NCBI GenBank assembly: GCA_965112155.1
Contig: OZ218101.1
Direction: 5' to 3' (one strand)
From: Podarcis liolepis
Lineage: Eukaryota
DNA: 64,000 bases
Below the pieces are notes generated by a model. That model was not told the DNA's origin. It did not search any database and saw nothing but the letters and a program-made list of their open reading frames with translations. Shown piece after piece: positions 1 to 9,861 of this stretch. Position 1 is the first letter of the stretch; each line of letters begins with the position of its first letter. A program made the translations under genes and the position numbers.

Positions 1-960
1 GCAGTGTGTACCGAACTTTTTACCCCTCTCCGGGAGAATGTAAAGCAAAGGGAAGGATATTCCTTGGTGGGGTGTGTGGTTTTTTTTGGGGGGGGGTAGG
101 TGGGAGTAAGTAGGGCGGGAGGTTGCGGATTGAATTGTGCGTAAAGTTTAGGGGTGTGCGCGTTTGGAGAGGCTTTCTCCAGGACGCGCTACTGGTGTGG
201 AAGGCGCCTTCGCGGTTGTTTTGGTTGGAGAAGCGGTTTCCTTGTTAAAACGCCGTGGGTGGTATGGAGAGGAGCCGCGATGGATCGCCTCTTCCAAGCC
301 TGCTCTCGCCTCCCTCCTCCCTCCCCACCTGCCTCGGGATCCACATTCCCGCGAGCCCGGGGCCCAGGATGTGACTTTACCGAGCAGGATCGCGCCAACC
401 CGAGTGGTTTTCTGCAGGTGGAATGGCTGAGCGGCGGATAAGGCGAAGGCGCCTGGTCCGATAGAGGGGTCGGGCAGGGAAGGCGGGAATCGATACCTAA
501 TCGCATTGGGAAGGTGAAAGAGGAGCGGAGGAGGGGATCCAGCGCTGGAGGATAAGCAAAGGGGTCCGGGCGGGGGGAGCAGGCATTTTTCAGCTCGCGA
601 CTACTCCCTGTGCGACGAGCGAGCTGCCTGACCCACTTTTCTTGCTGATGCTGGAGACTTAAGGGAGGGGGCTCCTTCGCAGCAGGCTAGCTCCTTCTGC
701 CTGTGCGTGAAGGCGTGAGTCTCCAAAAGCGTTTTTTCTCCTGTGTAGAGAATGGACGCACAAGGTGACCATTACCAAAGCAGATCTCCGTCCCTCGTTA
801 CTTGGCTTCCCGCTTCGCCTTCTGTGGCAGCTCTTCGTGGTTTTTCTGGGAGGTTGCCTGCCTGATCGGTGTCTTGAAGTGCCTTCAAGGAGGCGATGAT
901 GGAGGGGGTGGGGCAGCTTTGAGGGATTCCTCAGGCACGTCTCTGCATCTCGCTCTCTGA
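1..960 (+). promoter_or_regulatory. CpG island, promoter-proximal or start of first intron of an unidentified gene
   Basis: High GC with dense CpG dinucleotides compared with the CpG-depleted remainder; GC boxes GGGCGGG near 113 and 568; G-runs on + strand at 66-122; candidate 5' splice donor GGC|GTGAGT at 715. Strand is inferred from G skew. Confidence 0.75.
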
Positions 961-1513
961 TTCCCCTCCCGCTTAGATTCCCCCACGAAATACCCTTCTC
1001 CGCCACCCTCTTTAAGCTCTCCCCATCAACCATCCTTTGAAGACTTGAAGTGGTGCAGGGTTCATTGTTAAGGCCAAGGTGGGTGCCTTGATTTTGGGCG
1101 AGCGACTGGCTGGCAGCTGCCTTAAGGAGGGATCTCTGATGTTGTTTTCAAGTGAGCTGGTGGCTCTCAACATATGTGCTCATCGTTCACAGCGACAAGA
1201 GCAAAAGGCAGGCACAGGACCTCCAGACGTTGCCAACATCTGGATGTGGCTTGCGGAACAATTGATGCCTGCAGGTTGGGTCCTCATTGTGGATCCTCCT
1301 TTGCAGCAATTTCATGCTAGTGGTTTTATCTTTATAGAGCAAGCTTTGGGTCGATGTTATACACACAAAACAATGATTTCCTACACACCCACTTTTGTAA
1401 AGGAGCATAGCTGCAGAATGATGATCTAGGCTAGATGATAGTCGCTCTTGCTCTTGTAAATGTCTACAGCCATTGTGATGAAACACAGGAGGTGAGTCTC
1501 CACTGAGAGGTAC

Positions 1514-2103
1514 CAGGGCCATCTTAAGCATATCCGGCGCCGTGGTGCAAAGATCCTTCCGGTGCACCCCCATTTCCCAGAAGCCTCTTGGGATGGGATG
1601 GCACTGCTGGCGACATGCCCAGCTTTGCGGGGGCTGGAGGAGGCGGGCTCAGCTGGTCACTTCGTGCCACGGTGGCCACGGCAAGCGGAGGCTCCGGGTG
1701 CGGCGCTGCTTCGGCGCATCATGATTGAGGCAGGTGAGGGTGGCGAGCAGGCTGGGGGAGCCAGCCCCGTGGAGATCCATGGTGCCTGATGCCTTGCTCG
1801 AAGATGAAGATGGCTAGCAGGAGGGGCGCCGTGCGTGCCTGTGCCTCAACCCCTTGAGTGAGCAGGGGTGCGTGCGCCACTCCTACCAAGTGTTGGCTCA
1901 GTTTTTTCCCTTTTAGCCTTCTGGCGCCCCACAGAATTCGGCTAAAAGGGAAAAAACCAAGCCGACGCTCCGTGGGAGCAGTGCATGCACCCTCGCTCAC
2001 TCAGCGTGCTCATTTGGTGTTCCCCGGACTCTCGCCTGGTGCCCTCCAGAACGTGGTGCCCCGGCACCCCGCACCACTAGTGTCTATGGGTAAGACAGCC
2101 CTG
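1514..2103. mobile_element. Non-autonomous hAT (Tip100-like) DNA transposon, 590 bp
   Basis: TIRs CAGGGCCATCTTA (1514) and TAAGACAGCCCTG (ends 2103), 11/13 match; perfect 8-bp TSD AGAGGTAC at 1506-1513 and 2104-2111. Confidence 0.9.
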
Positions 2104-2644
2104 AGAGGTACAGAAATGTGTACTTGAGTTCCAGGGCTGCTTTCCTGGCCCACACCTTCCACTCTGTGGCCACAGGCAGTTTGTGGCCATTCAATGAAAG
2201 CGAAAGCTTACAGAGAGAGTGAGAAAGAAACCCTCTCACTAACATCAACTGTTCACGGGGCTTTTCCTGACCTGAAACATCAACCAGCATGATCTGAGGA
2301 AGTGCAGGTTCTTTGTGTGCTAATCAGCAGAATATAATTGAGCATTAATGTAAGGCAGATAAGCTGTGCAAGTTGATTAGAGCTTCAGGCTCTGCTTTGT
2401 AGTCTTGCAATGTGGTACCATAACAAATGAGAACTAGCCTTATTTTTTTTTAGCTCTTTGTAGTGCCACCTAAAGTCTTTGCAGGAAATGTCTATGTGCA
2501 CAACAAACTTAGGTTGGTTTCATACCAGTTTGAATGGTGTTGCTTCCCCCAAAGATCTGAACATTCTCTCCTGAAGATGTCTGTTCCAGAACTATGGTTC
2601 CAAGGGCCCCCTGGGCAGAGTGACTGATTTTCATATCCAGTTTA

Positions 2645-2797
2645 GGCTGCAACTCAGTGGTAGAGCATTGCATGTGGAAGGTCCCAGGTTCAATCCCTGA
2701 ATTCTCCAGGTAGGGCTGGGAGAGAGCATTGTCTGTAACCCTGGAGAGCCTCTATCAGTCAGTGTGGACAACACTGAACTAGAATAGCCCATGGTCT
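2645..2797 (+). mobile_element. tRNA-headed squamate SINE with CR1-type 3' part (Squam2-like), decayed
   Basis: A-box-like CTCAGTGGTAGAGC, B-box GGTTCAATCC, body AGGTAGGGCTGGG...CCCTGGAGAGCC...CAGTCAGTGTGGACAACACTGAACTAGA. Family name recalled, not searched. Confidence 0.75.
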
Positions 2798-2824
2798 CCC
2801 GGGCCACAATCCAACACTCTAAGC

Positions 2825-3092
2825 CAGTGGTTCTCAAAGGGTGTGGCAGGAGAGGATGGCAAGTGTGGTGGGGAATATTCAAGGACAATCAAAGAAACAA
2901 TTAAACATTTCAGAATAGTATATTAAAGTATCAAAAATTATTATTATTTAATTTGTAGAATAAATAGAACAACTGCCAGAAGTTTTTTTGTGTGTGTGTT
3001 TTCCCAATGTATTTCTTATCAATTAAAAATTTGGCACAAGCAAATTTTTATGCTGAAAGTGTGGCCCAGAGAAAACAGTTTGAGAACCTCTG
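2825..3092. mobile_element. hAT-Charlie-type MITE
   Basis: TIRs CAGTGGTTCTCAAA and TTTGAGAACCTCTG; degenerate 8-bp flanks CTCTAAGC / CTCCAACT. Confidence 0.7.
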
Positions 3093-3618
3093 CTCCAACT
3101 ATTGCACTACACTGGTGTTTAACTGCATGCACACACCATTTTTGGGATGGAGTGAGCTGCCTCCTTTGTGTCATAATGGAGTTACACCAAAAATGGAAGG
3201 GTTCCCAACTCCTCAACCTGGAGAAGAACTCTTTTTTTTAAATGGACTGTGGTAGAAACATACATGGCAACACAGCATCCATTTTTAAGTATCACAAATG
3301 GGAGGCAGCCAGAACATGCTATGAAGTGACTGTACTCAAACCTGATTCTTCTGGCACATGTAACATGCGTCATGATAGGCCAAGGAAAATGGAAATGAAT
3401 CATGTCTCACCAGCTGGGAAGGAAGCCAGTATTTGCCACCCTGGTGCCCTCCCCTCTAGATGTTATGGCTTATAATGTCAATGGTCCCAACCAGTGGCAC
3501 ACTCCAGATGTTTGGAATGACTACTATCAGCCTCAGCCAGCACATTTGTACTGGGTGAAACTGATGGGAATTGCATCTGAAGGGCATCCAACTGGTAAGA
3601 CTGCCCTAGACTCACACA

Positions 3619-3994
3619 CCACATTTTTCCTTGTACAAGATGTTGATTTCCCCCCATATTTTTTTTTGTTAAAAATTGGGGGTCGTCTTATACATGGATT
3701 TATACAGTAAGCCTTGGGTGAACTGGTGGCTCCTGAGTCACCAGTGCTGTGGAGCTGGTTGGAAAGGTAAGATGGTGCCAAGATGGTGCCGAGGCGAGGA
3801 GGGAACTTGGCCACGATTCTGTCAGTTCTCACCTGCTGTGCCAAAGCACGGGGGATCACACAAAAGCTCAACAATTTTTTTGGCGATTTTCCAAAAAACC
3901 CCCAAAACTTTAAAATACCGATTTCTTAATTTTGGGCTCCCCAAAGTAGGGTTTGTCTTATACATGGGGTCGTGTTATACATGGGGAAATGCAG
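3619..3994. mobile_element. Tc1/mariner (Tc2-like) non-autonomous element
   Basis: Ends CCACATTTTTCCTTGTACAAGA and GTGTTATACATGGGGAAATGCAG followed by TA; internal repeated GGGGTCGTCTTATACATGG motif typical of this class. Confidence 0.65.
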
Positions 3995-4110
3995 TATATT
4001 TCCAAATCGCCACTAAACTCATGTTTCCTGCTGAACGTCCTGTGCTATAAAGTTATTTGGTTATATTTCCCAAGGCACTGAGGAATAATGTTTTTAATTG
4101 AAGCTGCAAG

Positions 4111-4131
4111 CACACACACACACACACACAC
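4111..4131. repeat. (CA)n microsatellite
   Basis: Direct reading. Confidence 0.95.
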
Positions 4132-5502
4132 CCTTCTCCCCCCCCCCCATATTTTTAAAAATGTGTTATTAAGTCATTAGATTGTCACTGTTGCTGTAAA
4201 GACAATTGGTGCTATTTCACTCCAAACTGCAGCACAGGGAGCTGAGGATATTTTTTTTAAAAAAAACCAGCAGTGCTGCTGAGGATACTTAGAAATCTAG
4301 TAATGCTGTATCTGAGCCCTCTCCCTCTCATACTGAATACTTAGTTAGATAGATTTAATTAGGAAAATTTAATTCTTATTATTGTGTGTCCTTGTCCACG
4401 CATGTTGAGGAATGCACATGTACGAGACGAACACTTGTTCAGATCTTTAGTTTGAGTGACAGTGTGAGATGGGACGAATTATACACTTAAACAAGGGGCA
4501 GATGAGCAACACAACAACAAATCGCAGTTCAGAAGCGGTATGCTGTTTCTCACAAAACACAAAGATCAATTAATTACAAAGGCCTGCTCAGTACTGGGGC
4601 AGCAATTATTTGGCTAAATACAGGCAGTGAGAATTACACAATGGTCATGATACTAAATATAGGAAGGAGAGGATGATGGGTGCTTGATAGGTTAGGTGTG
4701 GAACTGAACCAGGCTAGGTAAGGAAATTTGGGGTGTAAGTGCACACTGCTGCAAAACAGCACCAGGTACCTGCATGAGAAGTGAAAGAGAGGAACCAGGT
4801 GCAGATATTGCCTATTCCAAGGCAAGAGGAGTGGGGAAAGGCTTGTCTTCAGGTGGCTGCAGTGAATCAGCAGTTGCCCTCAACACTCTGACACTGGTGG
4901 TTGCTTGGAGCTGCTCCATGCGACTTCCCAAGCCTGGTTCTTGGAGAACAAGGTGCCTTGTTGGTGAACAATTGGGGAAAAGGCTGTGATGGAAGGCTGA
5001 GGATACCTCATAGGCTTCCTTGAGCTCAGTATGGTACGAAACTGCTTCAAATGCTTTGTGTCCTAACTTTAAACATGTAAGAAAATAGCAAGGATGTAGA
5101 AGATGGAAGGGATCACTAGGGGAAGAAAGTAGGAACAGCTGCTGAGCTAACTAGGAGAGAGGAAACAGACCAGTCTCCTGTTCACCATGGCTGAATGAAC
5201 TGGGCTTGGCTATGGTAGAACTGAACGCTGAGGGTTTTGAAGAGAAAACTCTCAGAGACTTTGTATACAAGGGAGGGTTTTCTTCCAGAGCGAACAAAAA
5301 AGAGAAGGTGGATAAGATGTCTGGAATATTAGTGGACCTAAGCTTTCTTCCCATGGTTTCTGAGTGCAGAAGTGTGGAGTTCAAAAGCTGCAGTGTGCAT
5401 CATATGGATCCAGTTACAGATAGGTAGCCGTGTTGGTCTGCCATAGTCAAAACAAAAAAATTCCTTCCAGTAGCACCTTAAAGACCAACTAAGTTAGTTC
5501 TT

Positions 5503-5542
5503 GGTATGAGCTTTCGTGTGCAAGCACACTTCTTCAGATACC
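5503..5542 (-). ncRNA. Minimal type I hammerhead ribozyme motif (PLE-type), core intact
   Basis: Minus strand reads GGUAU-CUGAAGA-A-GUGUGC-UU-GCACAC-GAAA-GC-UC-AUACC. Stem I is GGUAU/AUACC, the core boxes are CUGANGA and GAAA, stem II is GUGUGC/GCACAC, and palindromic AGCU replaces stem III with a UC cleavage site. Confidence 0.75.
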
Positions 5543-5552
5543 TTCAGATACC

Positions 5553-5592
5553 TGTATCTGAAGAAGTGTGCTTGCACACAAAAGCTCATACC
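5553..5592 (+). ncRNA. Minimal hammerhead ribozyme motif with mutated core (GAAA to AAAA)
   Basis: Plus strand UGUAU-CUGAAGA-A-GUGUGC-UU-GCACAC-AAAA-GCUC-AUACC; position 5580 is A where the mirror copy has G. Confidence 0.65.
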
Positions 5593-5859
5593 AAGAACTA
5601 ACTTAGTTGGTATTTAAGGTGCTACTGGAAGGAATTTTTTTGTTTCATCATATGGATGTAATGGATGTTCACGCGTATTTCTATGATGTGTCTACTGCTG
5701 GCTTGCAGTATATCAAGCGTAGAGTCTCCTCTGAATAATGTTCCTTGAAGGGTTTAATTAGGTTAGGAAGCAGGTAAAGAGGAAGACATTTGCTGGTCTT
5801 GGGAGTCTTGGGCTACTGTGCCTAACTGGCCAGAGTCCCTCCTTTTAACTGATGTAGGT

Positions 5860-5953
5860 CAGCCTTTGCCAGTCTGGTTCTGGTTGGCTCTGATGACAGT
5901 TGTGGTCCAAAATGGTGGTCCTGGTGTGGAGAGCACCAGGTTGGCAAAGGCTG
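5860..5953. mobile_element. Short hAT-type MITE
   Basis: TIRs CAGCCTTTGCCA and TGGCAAAGGCTG; 8-bp TSD ATGTAGGT / CTGTAGGT (7/8). Confidence 0.75.
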
Positions 5954-8900
5954 CTGTAGGTAGAGGTTGGCACGGGCACTTTGAGCCTAAGTTTTTCCTT
6001 AGCCATCCACCCCCATGCAAACCTGTGTCCCTCTGTGTGTGGATTTCGGGGTGGGGGTAGATTTCAGAATTGAGATTTTCGCAGCAAGCTCAAAATTATG
6101 CTTCCTCGGTAACACCCCATTCAGGCAAAAGGCAAGCGACCTTGAAATGGAACCTGTCCATGATTATATTGACAAAGTAATAATAGCTTTGACCTAACTC
6201 TTCCTTTCCCTACCTGCACCAGTTGTTTCATTGAAGGACAGTACAACATAGCTTAATGCGACTTCTAACTGCTGCTACCCTCCGTGCTGAACTAATTCTA
6301 TAGAAATTAGAAATAACTAGCTCTGTTTGGTCAAAGGGAGAGCATGCATCTAGCTGTCATTATATTGTCATAGCAAGCCCGTCAAGAATTGGCTTGACCT
6401 AATTTATTTACCGGTCAGAGTATTAGGGCTGCCTTTCCTTTAATCCTCCCAGTGGCTTCCCATCCAAATGGTTGACACAGAAAGAAAGCAAAGGGACACG
6501 GTGCCATGCTCTGTTTTTCAGTGCACAGCTGGGTCTTGTCTCTAGCCACATGCGGATTCACCATTGTGCTAAGTAAGCAATGGAGTGTGGCCCCAGTCGG
6601 AGGAGAGGTCCTGCTCTTGCAGTGCATCCCCCCTAGATGTGCCCTTTTCCCTACAATGGGAAATCTAGGCTGTGTACGCACTCCCATTTATTCCTCATCC
6701 ATTGTGTTCCCACTGCTGGTTTGGCAAGCAGCATAACCATGACATTAGCCACATTCCATATCTAGCCTGTTGTTTCTTAGGAGATAGTGTGTTTGGATGC
6801 ATTTCCCTCCAAACCAGCTTCGATCCAAACTGAGAAAAAGAATGACAGATAGCTGTGTTTTAAAGCTTTTAGCATGTACACAGCTTCTGTCTCTGAGCAT
6901 CCTTATGCTGAACTTCTAAGTAGGAACAGGGGTTTTTTTTTGGGGGGGGGAGGTTAATTTGTCGTGTGAAAAATGAGTTAGGTTGATCCATGGATAGGTG
7001 GTTCAGCCAGTAGTGAAGCACTAGCAAGATGGTTTCAGAATAAATACAACTCAACACTTGTTTTAGTACTGATCTATACATGAAGAACAATTCCATAGTA
7101 CAGTGATTCCCCACCCCCACCCCGGACCATAATATATCAGACTGACAGCAGGAGACAACTAAAAACAAATCTGCGATCATAGAAAACCAGGATGTCTGAA
7201 AGAAAGAGGTTAGGCTCAAACCATATTCTCCATGACATGTGTGAATTTTGTTCACAGGAAGTATTTTAATTTTATTTTACTTTGGTGGGTGGACACTCAA
7301 ACTGTGTTTGCTAGCCAAACCTACTTGAAGGCTGAATGGCCCTGTTGAGAAACATCAAGTGATTCTGCTCCCTGTGTAGACCAGCCGCTATTTACATATT
7401 CAGCATCTGCGAAGGAGCCCCTGGGAATGTTTGTGCTTAGCCCTATTCCCTCAATATTACCCCAAGAACCAGCAAGTGCACTCCAGTTGATGCGTTATTG
7501 GTGTCATTCAGAAAGAGACTACTTCTACATGCCTAGGCTTTCCAATATGGGGATGGTAAACCTGATCCATTAGACTTTCTCTCTCTTCAGAGAAAACCTT
7601 ATACATGTAGAATATACCCCCTTAAGACTGATGCTGATACAGTCCCTTTCCCCGGTCCATTCTCATGCTTGGTAGTAAAAAGTTCCAGACCCCCTTCAGC
7701 ATTTTGTGGCAATGCAGTAAATGTGGCTTGCAGTGACAGCAATTTGGATGGGAGAGTGGATACTTATGACCCTGTCACACGGTGAAGATTAAGGAGCACA
7801 ACAACAAAGATTAGAGCAAAGACATTATTCTGAGAGTCTTAGCCAGTTCAGCTGACAGTATAACTCTTGGAGCATTGGGTAATAAACATCCATGGCCCCT
7901 CTGCAGTTCATAACCTCCATTCATGAAATGGTATCCACCTGACCTCGGTCATTCCTGGGTCAAATGGAGGAGATGCTGTCAGTCATTGAGGATGCCTGAT
8001 TTATATGCATGCCTCTCTGTCTTGTATTTAGTGTCTTGATCCAAGTTGGCTGCAGCTGAAGCTGGAGAGGGATCATGCCCCGAAACAGTCTGAAATTGTT
8101 CATGCAAATAGGATGACACTAGTGTAGCCAGTTAATGATTGAAGAGCATCTCTATTTCTTTTCCTGAGTTGCATTCTGTAACGCAGCCTGGACAGAATTG
8201 GGCTCCTTTGCACGCAGTAAATAAACAATGATATTGTCAGTTAAAGAGTTACAAAGTGAGAAATTTGCTGGAGAATGTTTTTGTACAAAACTTATTCCTG
8301 TCATTTTGCTAGGTAGTTTCAAAACCCTCCTGATTCCACATTTACTTTGGCTGATCCCTGGGTTAGGCTGGCCTGGGGCAGGTTTCAGGCCTGTGAAAGT
8401 GACTTGAGGATTACTTACAAAACATCCAAATGAAGAACATAGCTGTAAAACCAAACTACCAGAGTTCGATTTAATTAATTTCAAAAACTGACAAGATAAA
8501 GCCTCCTAGCATAACAATGTTAACTTAATGCTACGATTTTCTTTCCAGCCTTGTCTTTCCTGTAACAGACAAAACCTCATAAAGAACTCATGGCAGGTTT
8601 AGCTTGTTTGTTTATTTTTCCATTTAAACTTGAACTTTCCTTTTGTACTGAAGCAGCTTCCCTTCTTTTATATTAAGAATTTGGAAAATCCACTGGACTC
8701 TTCTGAGCCAGAAGATTAAACCTGAAAGACATGGGGAAAGGTTATTGATCCGGAGCAGGAGAAAAATGTATTTCCATCCGACCTCATGCAGACTCGGGGG
8801 TGAGGTGGGGGAAGCAGGGATTTGTGTCTGTGAGGCTTTCTGCCTAAGCACATGTTGTTGCTATAATTCTTTTTAAATGAAGGTTTGCATTTTTGCACAT

Positions 8901-9753
8901 ATTGAAGTCTTGCTTGCCAACTTTCCTGCTTAATGCTGGCAGTATTAAGATTTTCTGAAGTGGGCACTAAGGTTTATTGATACCCTCTCACCAACCCAGA
9001 CCAAAGCATCTAGAACTGAAGAACTGGGGTCAGCTGGAGGCCGTGTGGGAAAGTGGCTGCTGCTGCTGCTGCGCTACCACATGCATTAGCTGTTAGACGA
9101 GGAGGCTGAGCAGCCTAAACTAAACCCTGCTGCGCCTCTGGTCTCTTCAGGGCCTTTTCCGCCTTCACAAGTCCCCTTGAGGCTCCAGGAGGGTCTCCAT
9201 GTGAGCCATGAGGTCTCTCCCGCCATTTCCTGGTTTGATTTAATTTCCTGGCACTGCATGTATACGTGGTCGAGGGGTGGGGAGGATACCTGTACACCAT
9301 CAAAAGAAGAAGAGGGTGCAGACTGTAGCTGCTTGAAATGTTTTAGTTGACATATGTGTCTGTCATGTGCTCCCCCCCAAGTGATTTGTGAAACAGCCTG
9401 AAAGAGCTAGGTAAAAACCTTCATTGTTTTTATAGGAGCAGAACTGTGTGAAAATGTTATAACCTGCAGTACTTTGCTGAGCAAGTTTCTCTCCATTTCT
9501 GCTGTTGTTGCTGGATTAAGAAATAAATACTCATGGGATTTCTCTTGCTCTGCTAACTTTCCCATGGCCGAAGCCTCCACAATGTGTTCTGCAACTCCTG
9601 CAGGGACACAAACCCCGAGGATGAAATATGTCACCCAGCATGTCCCTAGTTATAGCCCATGGTGATTTTCAGAATTATGACCACAGAGTTGCTGTTTATT
9701 TGGGAATGCTTGGGTTATACTGAGTGACATTTTCCTGTCTTCTACATTGCCAG

Positions 9754-9861
9754 GAGCATTAAAATGACAATAGTCAGATTGGGACATAATTTGTGAAGAT
9801 GCTTTGGGCTTTATGCTTCAGCCCATAGTGGTATAGGAACCTGTCACTGCTTCATACCAGC
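9754..9861 (+). other. Candidate non-coding or alternative exon (108 nt)
   Basis: Acceptor TTTTCCTGTCTTCTACATTGCCAG|G and donor AGC|GTAAGT; stops in all three frames; no transcript evidence. Confidence 0.3.

Larger units (their letters stand above)
5410..5645. mobile_element. Penelope-like retroelement (PLE) terminal remnant with inverted duplication
   Basis: PLE-type end AGGTAGCCGTGTTGGTCTG...AGCACCTTAAAGACCAAC; inverted arms 5450-5541 and 5554-5645 (92 bp, 2 mismatches); perfect 12-bp TSD CATCATATGGAT at 5398-5409 and 5646-5657. Confidence 0.88.

Noticed and set aside
4420-5400. Purine-rich region suggestive of a decayed LINE or LTR
   Set aside because: No recognisable protein motif or termini.
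7773-8118. Possible solo LTR bounded by TGTCA...TGACA
   Set aside because: No target-site duplication and no clear promoter or poly(A) layout.
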